This document shows, in pieces, positions 35,908 to 46,218 of a stretch of 64,000 nucleotides of DNA; the stretch's first letter is position 1; each line of letters begins with the position of its first letter. The stretch is from positions 1,312,001-1,376,000 of the forward strand of contig OY970309.1 of NCBI GenBank assembly GCA_963716395.1. The letters are read 5' to 3'. Source of the stretch: an uncultured Fibrobacteria bacterium (GTDB lineage: Bacteria > Fibrobacterota > Fibrobacteria > UBA11236). Below the pieces are notes generated by a model that was not told the DNA's origin, did not search any database, and worked only from the letters and a program-made list of their open reading frames with translations. A program made the translations under genes and the position numbers.

Positions 35908-38177
35908 CACGCCACCGCTTGGGCCGGCGCCAAACTCATACGCGCGTAGCAACTGTGGGCGGCCTCGACGAACAGTTGCGCTTCGTGCAGCAACAGACCG
36001 GTGTTTTCCCGGTCGGGATTTTGGCCGCGCCGGGCATGCGCCTGGAAATAATAATGCGCGAACTTGGGGCCCGCGAACGGGTCGTGGAAAATCCCGGTAT
36101 CATGAAAGCGGCGCGTGAATTCCGTCAGCACCGCATCCGGATCATCGGACATGTCGGGGTTCTGACCCTTGATCAGGCCCTGCGCGGCCAGCACCATGGC
36201 GCGGTAGGCGCGAGCGGCGGCGGTTTCGATTTCGCCGGCTTCGAAATTAAGCTGCGCCTGGAAGAGCTCGCGATCCGCGGCCTTGAGGCCGAAATCGGTG
36301 AGCGTCACGACTTCGCCGGCGCATTCGCCCATGCCCTTGTCTTTCACCGAGTACTCGCGCACGTCGCCCCAATCCACATAGTAGGATTTGTCCTTTTCAT
36401 AAGACGGAACTTCGATGAGGTCTTGCAGGCTTTGCATGAGCGTGGCTTTGCCCTTGCGGTCGACCCAGGCGCGAAAGGTTTCGTCGGGCCGCCGTTCCTG
36501 CACGAACAATTCGGCCACGCGTTCCACCACTGCGGGCACCGACTTCGACGGAACGCCCCCTACGCCGATGCCATAGGCGCCGCCGTTGTGCGAGAATTGG
36601 CCGCCCAGCACCATTTGGAAATGCGGCACCACGTAGCCGCCCACATTGCGCGAAATGCCGTAAAAGCCGATGTCGGCGACGTGGTGCTGCGCGCACGAAT
36701 TGAAGCAGCCCGACACCTTTACGCGCAATTGCCGCGCGGCCGGATCGAGGCGCGCCACCTTGGCCGCCAGGCGGCGGCGCAATTCGCCGGCCAGCCCGCG
36801 CGAAGAGGCAACGCCAAGTTTGCAAGTGTCGGTGCCGGGGCAGGCCGTGATGTCGGCGATGGATCCGGCGCCGGGCGCATGCAGCCCGAGCGCTTTCAGG
36901 TCGCGGTAGAGCGCGGGCACGTCGTCTTCGCCGACCCAGCGCAGCAAAATGTTCTGCTCCACCGTGACCCGCACGGTGTCGTTCACATACCGCCGCACGA
37001 CGCCCGCGAGGTCGCGAATTTGGTTGGAGGTGATGTCGCCCAAGGGTAACGCTACGGTTACAGCGGCGTAGCCGGGTTGCCGCTGCGGCTCCACATTGGT
37101 TTGTATCCAGAAATCGAGATCGGGATCGCCGGTGGGTTTCAGGCCGTGGCCGGCCGGCCGCAGGGGTTTTTCCTCGCCGCGATTCGGCGCGCGCAGAAAC
37201 TCGGTCCAACGCGGGTCGGGCGTGAGTTTGGCCCGTTCTTCCAACACCGCCGCGCGGAATTTTTCCAGACCCATGTCGGCGATCAGGAATTTGATGCGCG
37301 CCCGATGGCGTTTTTTCTTTTCACCCAGGCGCGCGAACACCCGGCACACGGCCTGGGTCAAGGCCAGAAATTCGTCTTCGGGCACGAAATCGTTGAACAG
37401 CTTGGCGTCATAGGGCACGGCGCCGAGTCCGCCGCCCACGTAATATTCGAAACCGCGTTTTCCATCTTGAATCTTGGCGATAAGACCCAGGTCGTGAATG
37501 TTGACTAGGCCCGAGGCCCCTTCTTTATTGCCCGAAAAGGCGATTTTGAATTTGCGGCCGAAGTCCTGCACGTCGGGGTGGCCGAGCAAATATTCGAAGG
37601 CGGCCTGCGCGTAAGGCGTGACGTCGAACACATCGAGCCGCGACACCCCGGCCATGGGATCGGCCGTGACGTTGCGCACCGAGTTGCCGCAGGCTTCGCG
37701 CGTGGTGATTCCCGCCGCGGCCAGCCGCCGGTACAGCGACGGGGAGTTTTCGATGTGCACGTAATGCAGTTGAATGTCCTGACGGGTGGTGATATGGCAG
37801 ATGGCGTCGCTGTATTCCTCGGCCAAATCGGCGAACAAATCCATTTGCGCGGCCGTGATTCCGCCCCAAGGCAGCTTGATACGCTGCATGCCGGGCGCAT
37901 CCCAATAGGTGTCGGGACCTTTGAAGGCTTCGGTGTAGGGAATGGATCGGCTGGCTTGGCCGTCGTGGCGTTTGCCGTTGTCGTAGCGTTGGCCGTAGGC
38001 TCCCATGCGCAGCCGGGTTTCCGCAAACAGCTTGTTTTCGACTTTTCCCAACTTCTTCAAAGCGATGTCGGCTTCGAATTCGTCGATATGCTTTTTCCAC
38101 GCCGCGGGAATGCGGGGGGTCAGGGTTTCCTTCCAATATTGCGCGGCGGAGGCGGTGAATAATTCTGGAACGCTCAT
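35907..38177 (-). CDS. Siroheme-[4Fe-4S] sulfite/nitrite reductase with a C-terminal HEPN-like extension
   Basis: GAYGQRY, ITTRQDIQLH, RKFKIAFSG, CPGTDTCKLG and SGCFNSCAQH cluster ligands. Confidence 0.9.
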   Translation of the reverse strand: MSVPELFTASAAQYWKETLTPRIPAAWKKHIDEFEADIALKKLGKVENKLFAETRLRMGAYGQRYDNGKRHDGQASRSIPYTEAFKGPDTYWDAPGMQRIKLPWGGITAAQMDLFADLAEEYSDAICHITTRQDIQLHYVHIENSPSLYRRLAAAGITTREACGNSVRNVTADPMAGVSRLDVFDVTPYAQAAFEYLLGHPDVQDFGRKFKIAFSGNKEGASGLVNIHDLGLIAKIQDGKRGFEYYVGGGLGAVPYDAKLFNDFVPEDEFLALTQAVCRVFARLGEKKKRHRARIKFLIADMGLEKFRAAVLEERAKLTPDPRWTEFLRAPNRGEEKPLRPAGHGLKPTGDPDLDFWIQTNVEPQRQPGYAAVTVALPLGDITSNQIRDLAGVVRRYVNDTVRVTVEQNILLRWVGEDDVPALYRDLKALGLHAPGAGSIADITACPGTDTCKLGVASSRGLAGELRRRLAAKVARLDPAARQLRVKVSGCFNSCAQHHVADIGFYGISRNVGGYVVPHFQMVLGGQFSHNGGAYGIGVGGVPSKSVPAVVERVAELFVQERRPDETFRAWVDRKGKATLMQSLQDLIEVPSYEKDKSYYVDWGDVREYSVKDKGMGECAGEVVTLTDFGLKAADRELFQAQLNFEAGEIETAAARAYRAMVLAAQGLIKGQNPDMSDDPDAVLTEFTRRFHDTGIFHDPFAGPKFAHYYFQAHARRGQNPDRENTGLLLHEAQLFVEAAHSCYARMSLAPAQAVA

Positions 38178-38195
38178 ACAAAAGCCTCTTGATTT

Positions 38196-38222
38196 TATTC
38201 CTAGTTGATTTAAAGGTTAATA
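38196..38222. promoter_or_regulatory. Candidate Rrf2-family (CymR/IscR-like) operator upstream of the sulfite reductase
   Basis: AT-rich imperfect inverted repeat TATTCCTAGTTGATTTAAAGGTTAATA, about 20 bp upstream of the start codon. Judged by resemblance only. Confidence 0.3.
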
Positions 38223-38538
38223 CCTTCGAGTCAATTTGACAACTCGTAAAAACCCGTTTTTACGGCGTAAAATCGGCAAAAATGAAGATTGTGCTTTTGC
38301 ATTTAATCATATTAAATGAGTATGGTATTGGGTACAGATGCATCCTGCGATTCCGAGGCAAACGCCTCTTCGCCCTGGGCGTCCAGTCCGGTCGTTTTGC
38401 CTGCGCGGTTTGAGAAGTTGCCGGAAAGAACCCCAAACCATCAAACGGCGAAAGCCGGAGTTTGGGACGAAACTTGCATGCCCGGGAGTCTCCGGCCTAA
38501 AATGGTGTGCGGTTGGAAGTGCAACCAAGGCAGAAAGT

Positions 38539-38874
38539 ATGACGACACAATTCTCACTCGAACCCGAAGATTATTCCCGTTATGCAGCTTGGCGTCGTTC
38601 CCGCGGAAAACTGGCCGGACGCCGATCGAAACGCCGCGTCGTGCGCAAATTGCCGCAGACCATCATGGTGGTACCGGTGGTAAAACCCCCCGGTGGCCGA
38701 TTGAGCGACTTCCGCTCGGCCTTAAACCGCCATAAAGCGCTGGCTTACGGCGTGCTCTTGGCGGCCGTAATCGACGCCTACATCTATGCGGGCGATCGGG
38801 ACCAAGTGCATGATTTGCTGGGAACCGTGAACAGCGTGGTGCAAGACGCCCGCTCGTTTTATTTCGGCGCCTAA
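38539..38874 (+). CDS. Hypothetical small basic membrane protein
   Basis: ATG at 38539; Arg-rich N-terminus and one hydrophobic helix. Confidence 0.5.
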   Translation: MTTQFSLEPEDYSRYAAWRRSRGKLAGRRSKRRVVRKLPQTIMVVPVVKPPGGRLSDFRSALNRHKALAYGVLLAAVIDAYIYAGDRDQVHDLLGTVNSVVQDARSFYFGA

Positions 38875-39980
38875 GCGTTGAATTCCCGCAATGCCGCGGC
38901 GATGAGCCCGACGGCTTTTTGCGTGAGTCCCGCATGCAGGGGGAGGGCGATGGCTGTACGTGCCAATTCTTCGGCGGCGGGATAACGGCCCCGGGCGAAA
39001 GCCCGAAAGGGTTTCAGACCCGGCAGCGTGGCGGGATAGTAAACGCGCTGGCCGATGCCGCGCTGATCCAAATATCGCGCGAAGGCCGCGCGCCGGCGCG
39101 CACGGATCACGAAAGCATGCCAGGCCGAAACGCCCTCCGCGCTGGGCCTGAGCGGAATCAAATCCGGACGCAATGACAGGGCGCGCAGATAGCGTCGGGC
39201 GATGGCCGCACGGCGGAGGTTGGCGGCAGCCAAGCCGGGCAGTTTGAGTGACAGAAACAGGGCTTGCACGGCGTCCATGCGCGCGTTGAATCCCAGGGTT
39301 TCGGGGCGAAAGGGTTGCGCCTGCCCGTGATCGCGCAGCAATTGCAGGCGTCGTCTGCTACCGGCGCGGCGGGTCGCCACGGCGCCGGCGTCGCCCATGG
39401 CACCCAGATTTTTGGTGGGGTAGAACGAAAAGCACCCGCAATCGCCGAGAGATCCGAGCGGTCGGCCGCGATAGAAGCCTCCGTGGGCTTGGGCCGCGTC
39501 TTCCACCAGCCAAGCCCCGCAGTCGCGGGCCAAACCTTGCAAGGGTCCGATTGCGGCGGGATGGCCGAACAGATGCACGGCGACGATGGCTTTGGTGCGG
39601 CGGGTCAGCGCGCGGGCCACGGCGCCGGGATCGAGGCATCCGTCCTCCGGCCGCACGTCGGCGAACACCGGCCGGGCCCCCTGATACAACACGCCCCAGG
39701 CCGTGCCGGGAAAGGTGAAGGCCGGCACGATCACTTCATCGCCGCGTCCGATGCCGGCCGCGGCCAAGGCCAAATGCAGCGCCGCCGTGCCGCTGGCAAC
39801 CGCCACGCAATACCGCGCCCCGAGCGCGGCCGCAAACTCGCTTTCGAAGCGTTGCACCCAGGGCCCGCCCACAAAGGCGCTGCGCCGGTACAGATCGCGC
39901 AGACCGCGGAAGCAGGCGTGTTCGTAACGCCGGTTGACGGCGTAAAGATCGGCGAAGGGAATGCGCAAGGTGTGCGGCAA
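38871..39980 (-). CDS. DegT/DnrJ/EryC1/StrS sugar aminotransferase
   Basis: SGTAALHLAL, VHLFGHPA, EDAAQAHG and SFYPTKNLGAMGDAG (PLP Lys). Confidence 0.9.
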   Translation of the reverse strand: MPHTLRIPFADLYAVNRRYEHACFRGLRDLYRRSAFVGGPWVQRFESEFAAALGARYCVAVASGTAALHLALAAAGIGRGDEVIVPAFTFPGTAWGVLYQGARPVFADVRPEDGCLDPGAVARALTRRTKAIVAVHLFGHPAAIGPLQGLARDCGAWLVEDAAQAHGGFYRGRPLGSLGDCGCFSFYPTKNLGAMGDAGAVATRRAGSRRRLQLLRDHGQAQPFRPETLGFNARMDAVQALFLSLKLPGLAAANLRRAAIARRYLRALSLRPDLIPLRPSAEGVSAWHAFVIRARRRAAFARYLDQRGIGQRVYYPATLPGLKPFRAFARGRYPAAEELARTAIALPLHAGLTQKAVGLIAAALREFNA

Positions 39981-40108
39981 GCCGGCCTCGGGGGTGGCGA
40001 AGGAAGTCGGAAAGATAAGCGGCGCAGCGCGGTTATCGCGGGTCGGTATACGCGTGATTTCTACTTTACTCCGCTCGCCGCGGGTCGGCGGAAAGGCGGA
40101 TGCAAAGC

Positions 40109-41389
40109 ATGCCCAATCGCATCATCGTGGGGGCCCAATGGGGCGACGAAGGCAAGGCCAAGGTGGTGGATTACCTCACCGAAGATGCCGATTTCGTGAT
40201 CCGTTTTCAGGGCGGCGCCAATGCCGGACATACCGTGGAGGTCGGCGAACAAAAATTCGTATTCCACCTCATTCCCTCGGGGCTGATGCACCCGGGGAAA
40301 ATTTGCGTGATCGGCAACGGCGTAGTGCTCGACCCCGCGCAATTCCTGAAAGAGGTCGACGAGGTGCGGGAACAAGGCATTGCGGTGGACGGGCGGCTTT
40401 GGGTCTCCGAGGCCGCGCAAGTGGTGTTGCCGACCCACAAGTTTCTGGATCAGTTCCAGGAAATGGCGGCGGGGAAAGACGCCATCGGCACCACGGGCCG
40501 CGGCATCGGACCGGCGTATTACGACAAGGTGAACCGCACCGGCGTGCGCGTGGGGGATTTGCTCGACGATGAGGCGCTGCGCGAGCGGCTCACCCGTTCC
40601 CTGATCACGCACAACGAATTGATCACCCGCGTGCACGGCGGCCAGGAGGTTTCGGTCGACGCCGTATTCGCCGAGTACCGCGCGTTCGGAGAGCGGTTGC
40701 GTCCTTATGTGACCGATTGCGTGGCCTTGCTCAGCGACGCCCTGAAACACGGCAAAAACCTGCTCTTCGAAGGCGCGCAGGGTACGATACTCGATGTCGA
40801 TCACGGTACCTATCCCTTTGTGACCTCCTCCAACACCGTGGCCGGTGCGGCCTGTGTGGGATCGGGCGTCGGGCCCACGGCCATTCAACAGGTGGTGGGC
40901 GTGGTCAAGGCCTACACCACGCGAGTGGGCAACGGCCCCTTTCCCACGGAAATTTCCGGCGCGCTCGGCGCCAAGCTACGGGAGATCGGCCACGAATTCG
41001 GCGCCACCACCGGCCGCGAACGGCGGTGCGGCTGGTTCGACGCCGTAGTGGCGCGCCGCGCGGCCATGCTCAACGGGCTCACGCATCTGGCGGTAACCAA
41101 GCTCGACGTGCTCGATTCCTTCGAGGAGATCAAGCTCTGCGTGGGCTATCAACTCGATGGCCGCTGGGTCGAGCATTTTCCCGCGTCGCTGGCGTCGTTG
41201 GAGCGCGTGCAGCCGGTATACGAAACTTTGACCGGGTGGATGGAGGATACGCGCGGGGTGCGCCGCGCCGAAGACCTGCCGCCGCAGGCGCGGAATTACC
41301 TCCACCGTTTGTCGGAGCTCGTCACCGTGCCGTTGGGGCTGCTTTCGCTGGGGCCCAAGCGCCATCAAACCATCCGGATGGGGCTGTGA
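40109..41389 (+). CDS. purA: Adenylosuccinate synthetase
   Basis: GAQWGDEGK, QGGANAGHT, IGTTGRGIGPAY, EGAQG...DHGTYPFVTSS and GATTGRERRCGW. Confidence 0.98.
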   Translation: MPNRIIVGAQWGDEGKAKVVDYLTEDADFVIRFQGGANAGHTVEVGEQKFVFHLIPSGLMHPGKICVIGNGVVLDPAQFLKEVDEVREQGIAVDGRLWVSEAAQVVLPTHKFLDQFQEMAAGKDAIGTTGRGIGPAYYDKVNRTGVRVGDLLDDEALRERLTRSLITHNELITRVHGGQEVSVDAVFAEYRAFGERLRPYVTDCVALLSDALKHGKNLLFEGAQGTILDVDHGTYPFVTSSNTVAGAACVGSGVGPTAIQQVVGVVKAYTTRVGNGPFPTEISGALGAKLREIGHEFGATTGRERRCGWFDAVVARRAAMLNGLTHLAVTKLDVLDSFEEIKLCVGYQLDGRWVEHFPASLASLERVQPVYETLTGWMEDTRGVRRAEDLPPQARNYLHRLSELVTVPLGLLSLGPKRHQTIRMGL

Positions 41390-41425
41390 CATGACGGCCG
41401 GGCGGACAACGCGGCTCGGGCGAGC

Positions 41426-42130
41426 ATGGAACGGCGCATGACGGCCCAAACCGATTTGCTCAAAGGGGTGGATTTGTTCTCGGCCCTGAGCGATGCGCAA
41501 CTCGGCTTTATCGCCGACATGACCATGGAAAAGACCTATGCACGCGGCGACACCATCCTGATCGAAGACGACGCCTCGAACCAGGCGTTTTTCCTCATCG
41601 CCGAAGGCGCGGTCAAGGTGCTGCTCACCGCCGAAGAAGGCCGCGAAGCCATTCTGGCCACCTTGGGGGCCGGCGATTTCTTCGGGGAAATGTCACTGCT
41701 CGACGGGGAGCCGCGTTCGGCCACGGTGCGTTCGGTGGGCCGCGCGCGGCTTTTGCTGCTGCGCCGCGACGATTTCATGCAATGCCTGCGCCGCCATCCC
41801 GATTTGGCGCTCTCGCTGCTGGCTGAAATGTCACGGCGCCTGCGGCGGTCGAACCGCCAGGTGTCATCGCTGGCGCTGCTGAGCGCCTACGGGCGCGTGG
41901 CGGCCACCTTGTTGCAATTGCTGGAGGAGCGGGGCGTGCGCTCGCGCACCCAGGAGGGCAAGCGTATCACCGTCATCCGCGACCGTCCCACCCACCAAAC
42001 CATCGCCGACATGGCAGGTACCACGCGAGAGACGGTCACGCGCGTGTTTAAAATGCTGCAAGACCGGGGCGCCATCGCCGTGACCGGCAAGGATCTCGTG
42101 ATATTGGAGGAGAATCGCCTGCGCGCGTGA
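41426..42130 (+). CDS. Crp/Fnr-family transcriptional regulator
   Basis: cNMP domain GDFFGEMSLLDGEPRSAT; HTH GTTRETVTR. Confidence 0.92.
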   Translation: MERRMTAQTDLLKGVDLFSALSDAQLGFIADMTMEKTYARGDTILIEDDASNQAFFLIAEGAVKVLLTAEEGREAILATLGAGDFFGEMSLLDGEPRSATVRSVGRARLLLLRRDDFMQCLRRHPDLALSLLAEMSRRLRRSNRQVSSLALLSAYGRVAATLLQLLEERGVRSRTQEGKRITVIRDRPTHQTIADMAGTTRETVTRVFKMLQDRGAIAVTGKDLVILEENRLRA

Positions 42131-42912
42131 ACGCGGCCGATTCTTCCATGGTACGCACCGCGTCGAAGTCCCGTTTTGGCCTGTGGACCAGGCCGCTGAT
42201 CCCGGCATTCCTGGTGTGGATGGCGGTGTTGGCCGGCGGCTTCTATGGCGTGCACCGCTTTCTCATGCCCTGGGTGGCGGGGCGCTTCAAGCCCACGGTG
42301 GCGGTCCCGAATTTGAAGGGGCTGACCCAGGAGGCGGCTGCGTCGGCGGCACGGGCGCAAAGACTGCAAGTCGTGCTGGATTCGGTTTCGGATTTCAACA
42401 ACAAAATTCCCGCCGGGCATATTCTCTACCAGTTCCCCGACGCGGGCACCGTGGTGAAAATCGGGCGCCGGCTATGGGTGCGTTTGAGCAAGGGCCCGCA
42501 GGCCATAGACATGCCCGACCTGCGCGGCCAATCCGAACGCCAGGCCGAGATTTCCTTGGAACAATTGGGCCTGCGATTGGGAGAAGTCCATTATGTCACC
42601 AGCCGCAGCGTGCCTGCCGGCGCCGTGTTGGGCAGCGAGCCCGGCCCGCATACGGCCTTGCAAAAAGGCCGCGTCATCAACATTTCGGTTTCGGCCGGTT
42701 CCGAAGGCGGCCCGAGCATGCCCTCGTTGCTCGGGTTGTCGTTGGACCAGGCCAAAAGCCAGATCGCCGCGTTGCATTTGAGCTTGGGAACGGTGCATCT
42801 GCAGACGGACAAAAAAAATACGGCGCAAACCGTGTTGGCGCAGAACCCGCGGCCGGGCGCGCCGCTGAAGGAGGGAAAAGGAGAAGAGGTTGATTTGGAC
42901 GTGGCGAAATAA
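42127..42912 (+). CDS. PASTA domain-containing membrane protein (3 PASTA repeats)
   Basis: N-terminal TM; VPNLKGLT, MPDLRGQS and MPSLLGLS repeats. Confidence 0.85.
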   Translation: MNAADSSMVRTASKSRFGLWTRPLIPAFLVWMAVLAGGFYGVHRFLMPWVAGRFKPTVAVPNLKGLTQEAAASAARAQRLQVVLDSVSDFNNKIPAGHILYQFPDAGTVVKIGRRLWVRLSKGPQAIDMPDLRGQSERQAEISLEQLGLRLGEVHYVTSRSVPAGAVLGSEPGPHTALQKGRVINISVSAGSEGGPSMPSLLGLSLDQAKSQIAALHLSLGTVHLQTDKKNTAQTVLAQNPRPGAPLKEGKGEEVDLDVAK

Positions 42913-44740
42913 ACGTGTTGCCGCGCTGGCGGTATTCTGTCTTTGCGGTTGCGCCGTCCATCGGCCTGCTCCGGCGGCTGCGGCGAAAAAAGCCCGGGCG
43001 GCTTCGGGGCTTAAGCCGTCCGGCCTGACTTCGGAATCGACCTCCATCGCCCATGACTTTTTCCTGCGCGCCCGGCGTATGGAAATGGACGGCAACGAGG
43101 CCGTGGCCATGGGGTATTACCGCATCGCCTTCGAATATGATCCCGGTAGCCGCGATCTATGCTTTATTCTGACCGATCGCTACAAAGATCAGAATCTTCT
43201 GGATTCAGCCCTGGATCTGGGCCGAAAATGCCTCACTTTGGCGGGTGGGCCCACGAGCGACGAGTATCAATCCCTAGGCGAAATTTATCTGCGCCTCGAC
43301 AGCCTGCCGGCGGCGTTGGACAGCTACCGCCACGCCGTCTCGCTCGATGAAAGCGATAAAGATGCGCTGTATACCTTGGCCACTTTATATGAACGTGATC
43401 GCGATTGGAAGCATTATGCCGCCGCCATGGACAAGCTGCTGCCCGAAATCGATTATCCCGAACATTTGGTGGAAAAGCAGATTCAAACCTACCGCTTGCT
43501 GGACCGAGCCTCCGACGCGCTTCCCCTGTTGCGCGCCGCCTGGGAAAAAACCGGCCGTCCCGCCTACGGCGAAAACCTGGCGGCTTATTACGAAGCCGAA
43601 GGGGATGGCGAAGCATTTCTGAAAATGGCGGAATCCCTGGTTTCTGCCCATCCCGATCATCCGGAATATGCCCTGCTGCGGGCGCGCGCCCTGAACGCCT
43701 GCGGATTGGTGGATTCGGCGCTGGGCATCTATCGCGATCTGCTCAAGGATCATCCGGATGAGCGCGAGGTTTTGTACCCGTACGGCGCGCTGTTGCACGA
43801 CGCCGGCCGCTACCAGGAGGCCTACCCGGTCTTCGAGAAATTGGCGCAGGCCTTTCCCCAGGAACCCATGTACCGGTACTTTCTGGGTTCGACGGGATTG
43901 GAGTTGCACCAACCGAAATCGCTGGAAGCCCTGCGCGACGCCGCCGAAGCCGAACCCGCGGTTCCAGATTACTGGGCGAGCTTGGCCTACGGCGATCTGG
44001 TCTTCGGGCATGACTCGGCTGCGGATTCATGCCTCGCCCACGTTCCCGACAGCTTGAGCGAGGCGTGGCAGGCGCCGTTTTTCCAGGGCCTGGTGCATAC
44101 GTTGCTGGCCCAGTATTTGGAGCAGCGCCGCCCGACCGGCCCGGCATCGCCGCTGTATGACACGGTAGCGGCCCGCCGCTACCGCCGCCGGAGCGTGCAA
44201 TTTCTGCGTGCCGCGCTGGCCCAAAGCCCGCACAATTCGCGCATTCTCTTTGAACTGGGAACCAATCTCGAACGCCTGGGCGAACGCGCCGAATCGATGG
44301 ACTGCTTGCGCCAGGTGGTGCAGGCCGATTCCGACGACGCTATGGCCATGAATTACCTCGGATACATGCTGGTCGAAGACAACCGCGATCTGGATTCGGC
44401 CGGGCATCTCATCGATCACGCCCTGGCCCTGGAACCCGAGAACCCCGCCTACCTGGATTCCAAAGGCTGGTGGGATTACCGCAAAGGCGATTTCGCCGCA
44501 GCCCGCACCTATTTGGAAAAAGCCTCGGTGCGCATTCCCGACGATCCGACCATCTTGCAACACCTGGCCACCGTGCTCGACGCCTTGGGTCAGCGGCAAG
44601 ACGCCCATCAGGTATGGGTAAAATTGCTGCAAGTCGATCCCGACAATATCGAAGCCAAACAGAAAGCCGAAGGAAAAGCCCAAGGAAAAAACGCACAGCC
44701 GGCGCTCGCGCCCAAAGCTGCGAACCGCGACGGTTCCTGA
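42890..44740 (+). CDS. TPR repeat lipoprotein
   Basis: Lipobox-like LCGC; AMNYLGYML...LEPENPAYLDSKGW TPR signature. Confidence 0.8.
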   Translation: MIWTWRNKRVAALAVFCLCGCAVHRPAPAAAAKKARAASGLKPSGLTSESTSIAHDFFLRARRMEMDGNEAVAMGYYRIAFEYDPGSRDLCFILTDRYKDQNLLDSALDLGRKCLTLAGGPTSDEYQSLGEIYLRLDSLPAALDSYRHAVSLDESDKDALYTLATLYERDRDWKHYAAAMDKLLPEIDYPEHLVEKQIQTYRLLDRASDALPLLRAAWEKTGRPAYGENLAAYYEAEGDGEAFLKMAESLVSAHPDHPEYALLRARALNACGLVDSALGIYRDLLKDHPDEREVLYPYGALLHDAGRYQEAYPVFEKLAQAFPQEPMYRYFLGSTGLELHQPKSLEALRDAAEAEPAVPDYWASLAYGDLVFGHDSAADSCLAHVPDSLSEAWQAPFFQGLVHTLLAQYLEQRRPTGPASPLYDTVAARRYRRRSVQFLRAALAQSPHNSRILFELGTNLERLGERAESMDCLRQVVQADSDDAMAMNYLGYMLVEDNRDLDSAGHLIDHALALEPENPAYLDSKGWWDYRKGDFAAARTYLEKASVRIPDDPTILQHLATVLDALGQRQDAHQVWVKLLQVDPDNIEAKQKAEGKAQGKNAQPALAPKAANRDGS

Positions 44741-44747
44741 GACAGGC

Positions 44748-45518
44748 ATGGCCGCCGATCCCCTTCGCACCGAGCGGTTGCGCCGTTCTGCTGCGGCCCA
44801 GATGGGGCGGATCTGTTTGGGCGCCGTACTATGCCTATGCGCCTGCGCGCCGTTGCGCGATCCCGCGGGCCTGGCTTTGGAACAAGGGCGCCCTGCCGCT
44901 CCCCTTCCCAAAGCCTTGCGCGCGGATCTGGAAATCGGCGTTTTGCAGCCGCCGGGCGGGGATTTTACCGCGCGTCTTTATGCCGAACCCCATCGACGCT
45001 ACCGCCTCGACGCCTATGCCTTTCCCGGCGTCGTCGCCGCATCCTTTCTCTGGGACCAGGGGCATTGGACCTTGCTGTTGCCCTCGCGGCATCTGGCGGT
45101 GCAGGGCACGGGGGATACGCTTCGACTCGGCGACGGCAGAAGCCTGCCGGATTTGCCAGCGGCCCTGGGCTTTCTGTGGGGCGAGCCCTTGCCCGATTAT
45201 TCCCCGCGCAGCCAACCGGCTCCGGCTTGGAGCGGCGACACCCTGCGCTGGACGGCGGACGGCACGGCGTGGCTGGCCCGCTTCGATCTCCACACGGGCG
45301 CCTGCCGCGAAGTGATTTCACCGCAGTATCATTTGAGTTACGGTCCCCTGCGCCGCCGGGGGGCGCGGGTGCTTCCGGCGCAGGTGGAAATCGCCGTCGA
45401 CGGCGCGCCCGCATGGGTGGTGCGCGTCCGCGGGCTGGAAGAGGTTTCTGTCTGGGCGAAAGACCCGTTTGCGCTGCCCATCCCGCCGGGGTATACGCGG
45501 CGCGGCCCCGAAGAGTGA
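44748..45518 (+). CDS. LolA/LolB-like (DUF4292-like) lipoprotein
   Basis: Lipobox LCAC; beta-rich; follows the TPR protein as lolB-like genes commonly do. Confidence 0.45.
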   Translation: MAADPLRTERLRRSAAAQMGRICLGAVLCLCACAPLRDPAGLALEQGRPAAPLPKALRADLEIGVLQPPGGDFTARLYAEPHRRYRLDAYAFPGVVAASFLWDQGHWTLLLPSRHLAVQGTGDTLRLGDGRSLPDLPAALGFLWGEPLPDYSPRSQPAPAWSGDTLRWTADGTAWLARFDLHTGACREVISPQYHLSYGPLRRRGARVLPAQVEIAVDGAPAWVVRVRGLEEVSVWAKDPFALPIPPGYTRRGPEE

Positions 45519-45707
45519 AGACCGCCGGGGCGGCGGGCGGCTAGCAAACTGGACAGTGTCAGCATTGCCGGCTGGTTTCGCAGGGGTATCGGGATTTGCG
45601 CCTCTTGAGATGCGATGGGTTTTTGCGGGATAAGTCGTTGATATAAAAGTGGATCGGTATTTCCCGGCCCCCGTACAATGTCTTTTGCCCTTCTTGAGGA
45701 GCCTCGC

Positions 45708-46196
45708 ATGCATTCGATCGATTCTTTTGACGCCGGCCTGGGTCGTGGCACCGACTGGGTGGCCAAAGCGGCCGAACCCGAAGCCTTGGCCGCGCCCGGC
45801 GCCTTCACCACCTTGCGTCAAATGCTGTTACCCCGCACTTTGCCCGAGGCCGAATCCCTTTCCGAAGTCGATCTCATCGCCTGGCTCAACGAATTGGAAA
45901 TTGAATTGCTGCAAAAGCGGTATCGCATCGAATTCCTGGATCGCCTGCCGGCGCGCGTGGCTTTTCGGGGCCTGCGGCAACTGCTCGATTCCCCGGTCGC
46001 GATGCCCGAGCCGTTTGAACTGGTCGAAATCGACGGCTGCGACAGCGCCTGCGAAGTCTGCTTTCAACTGGCCCATTGCCCCGTGGCCCGCGATGTATTG
46101 GGCGCCGCCTGGAACAGCGCGCTGGAACATGCCGGCGCCAATCCGTCTTGGGTGGCGCTGTATGCCGGCGATTTTGATCCGCTCGGCGCGGGTTGA
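45708..46196 (+). CDS. Hypothetical protein with a C-terminal CxxxCxxCxxxxxC cluster
   Basis: GAGGAG RBS before ATG 45708; GCDSACEVCFQLAHC; followed by an intrinsic terminator. Confidence 0.7.
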   Translation: MHSIDSFDAGLGRGTDWVAKAAEPEALAAPGAFTTLRQMLLPRTLPEAESLSEVDLIAWLNELEIELLQKRYRIEFLDRLPARVAFRGLRQLLDSPVAMPEPFELVEIDGCDSACEVCFQLAHCPVARDVLGAAWNSALEHAGANPSWVALYAGDFDPLGAG

Positions 46197-46218
46197 GTCG
46201 AAACTTCAGGTGCTTCCT

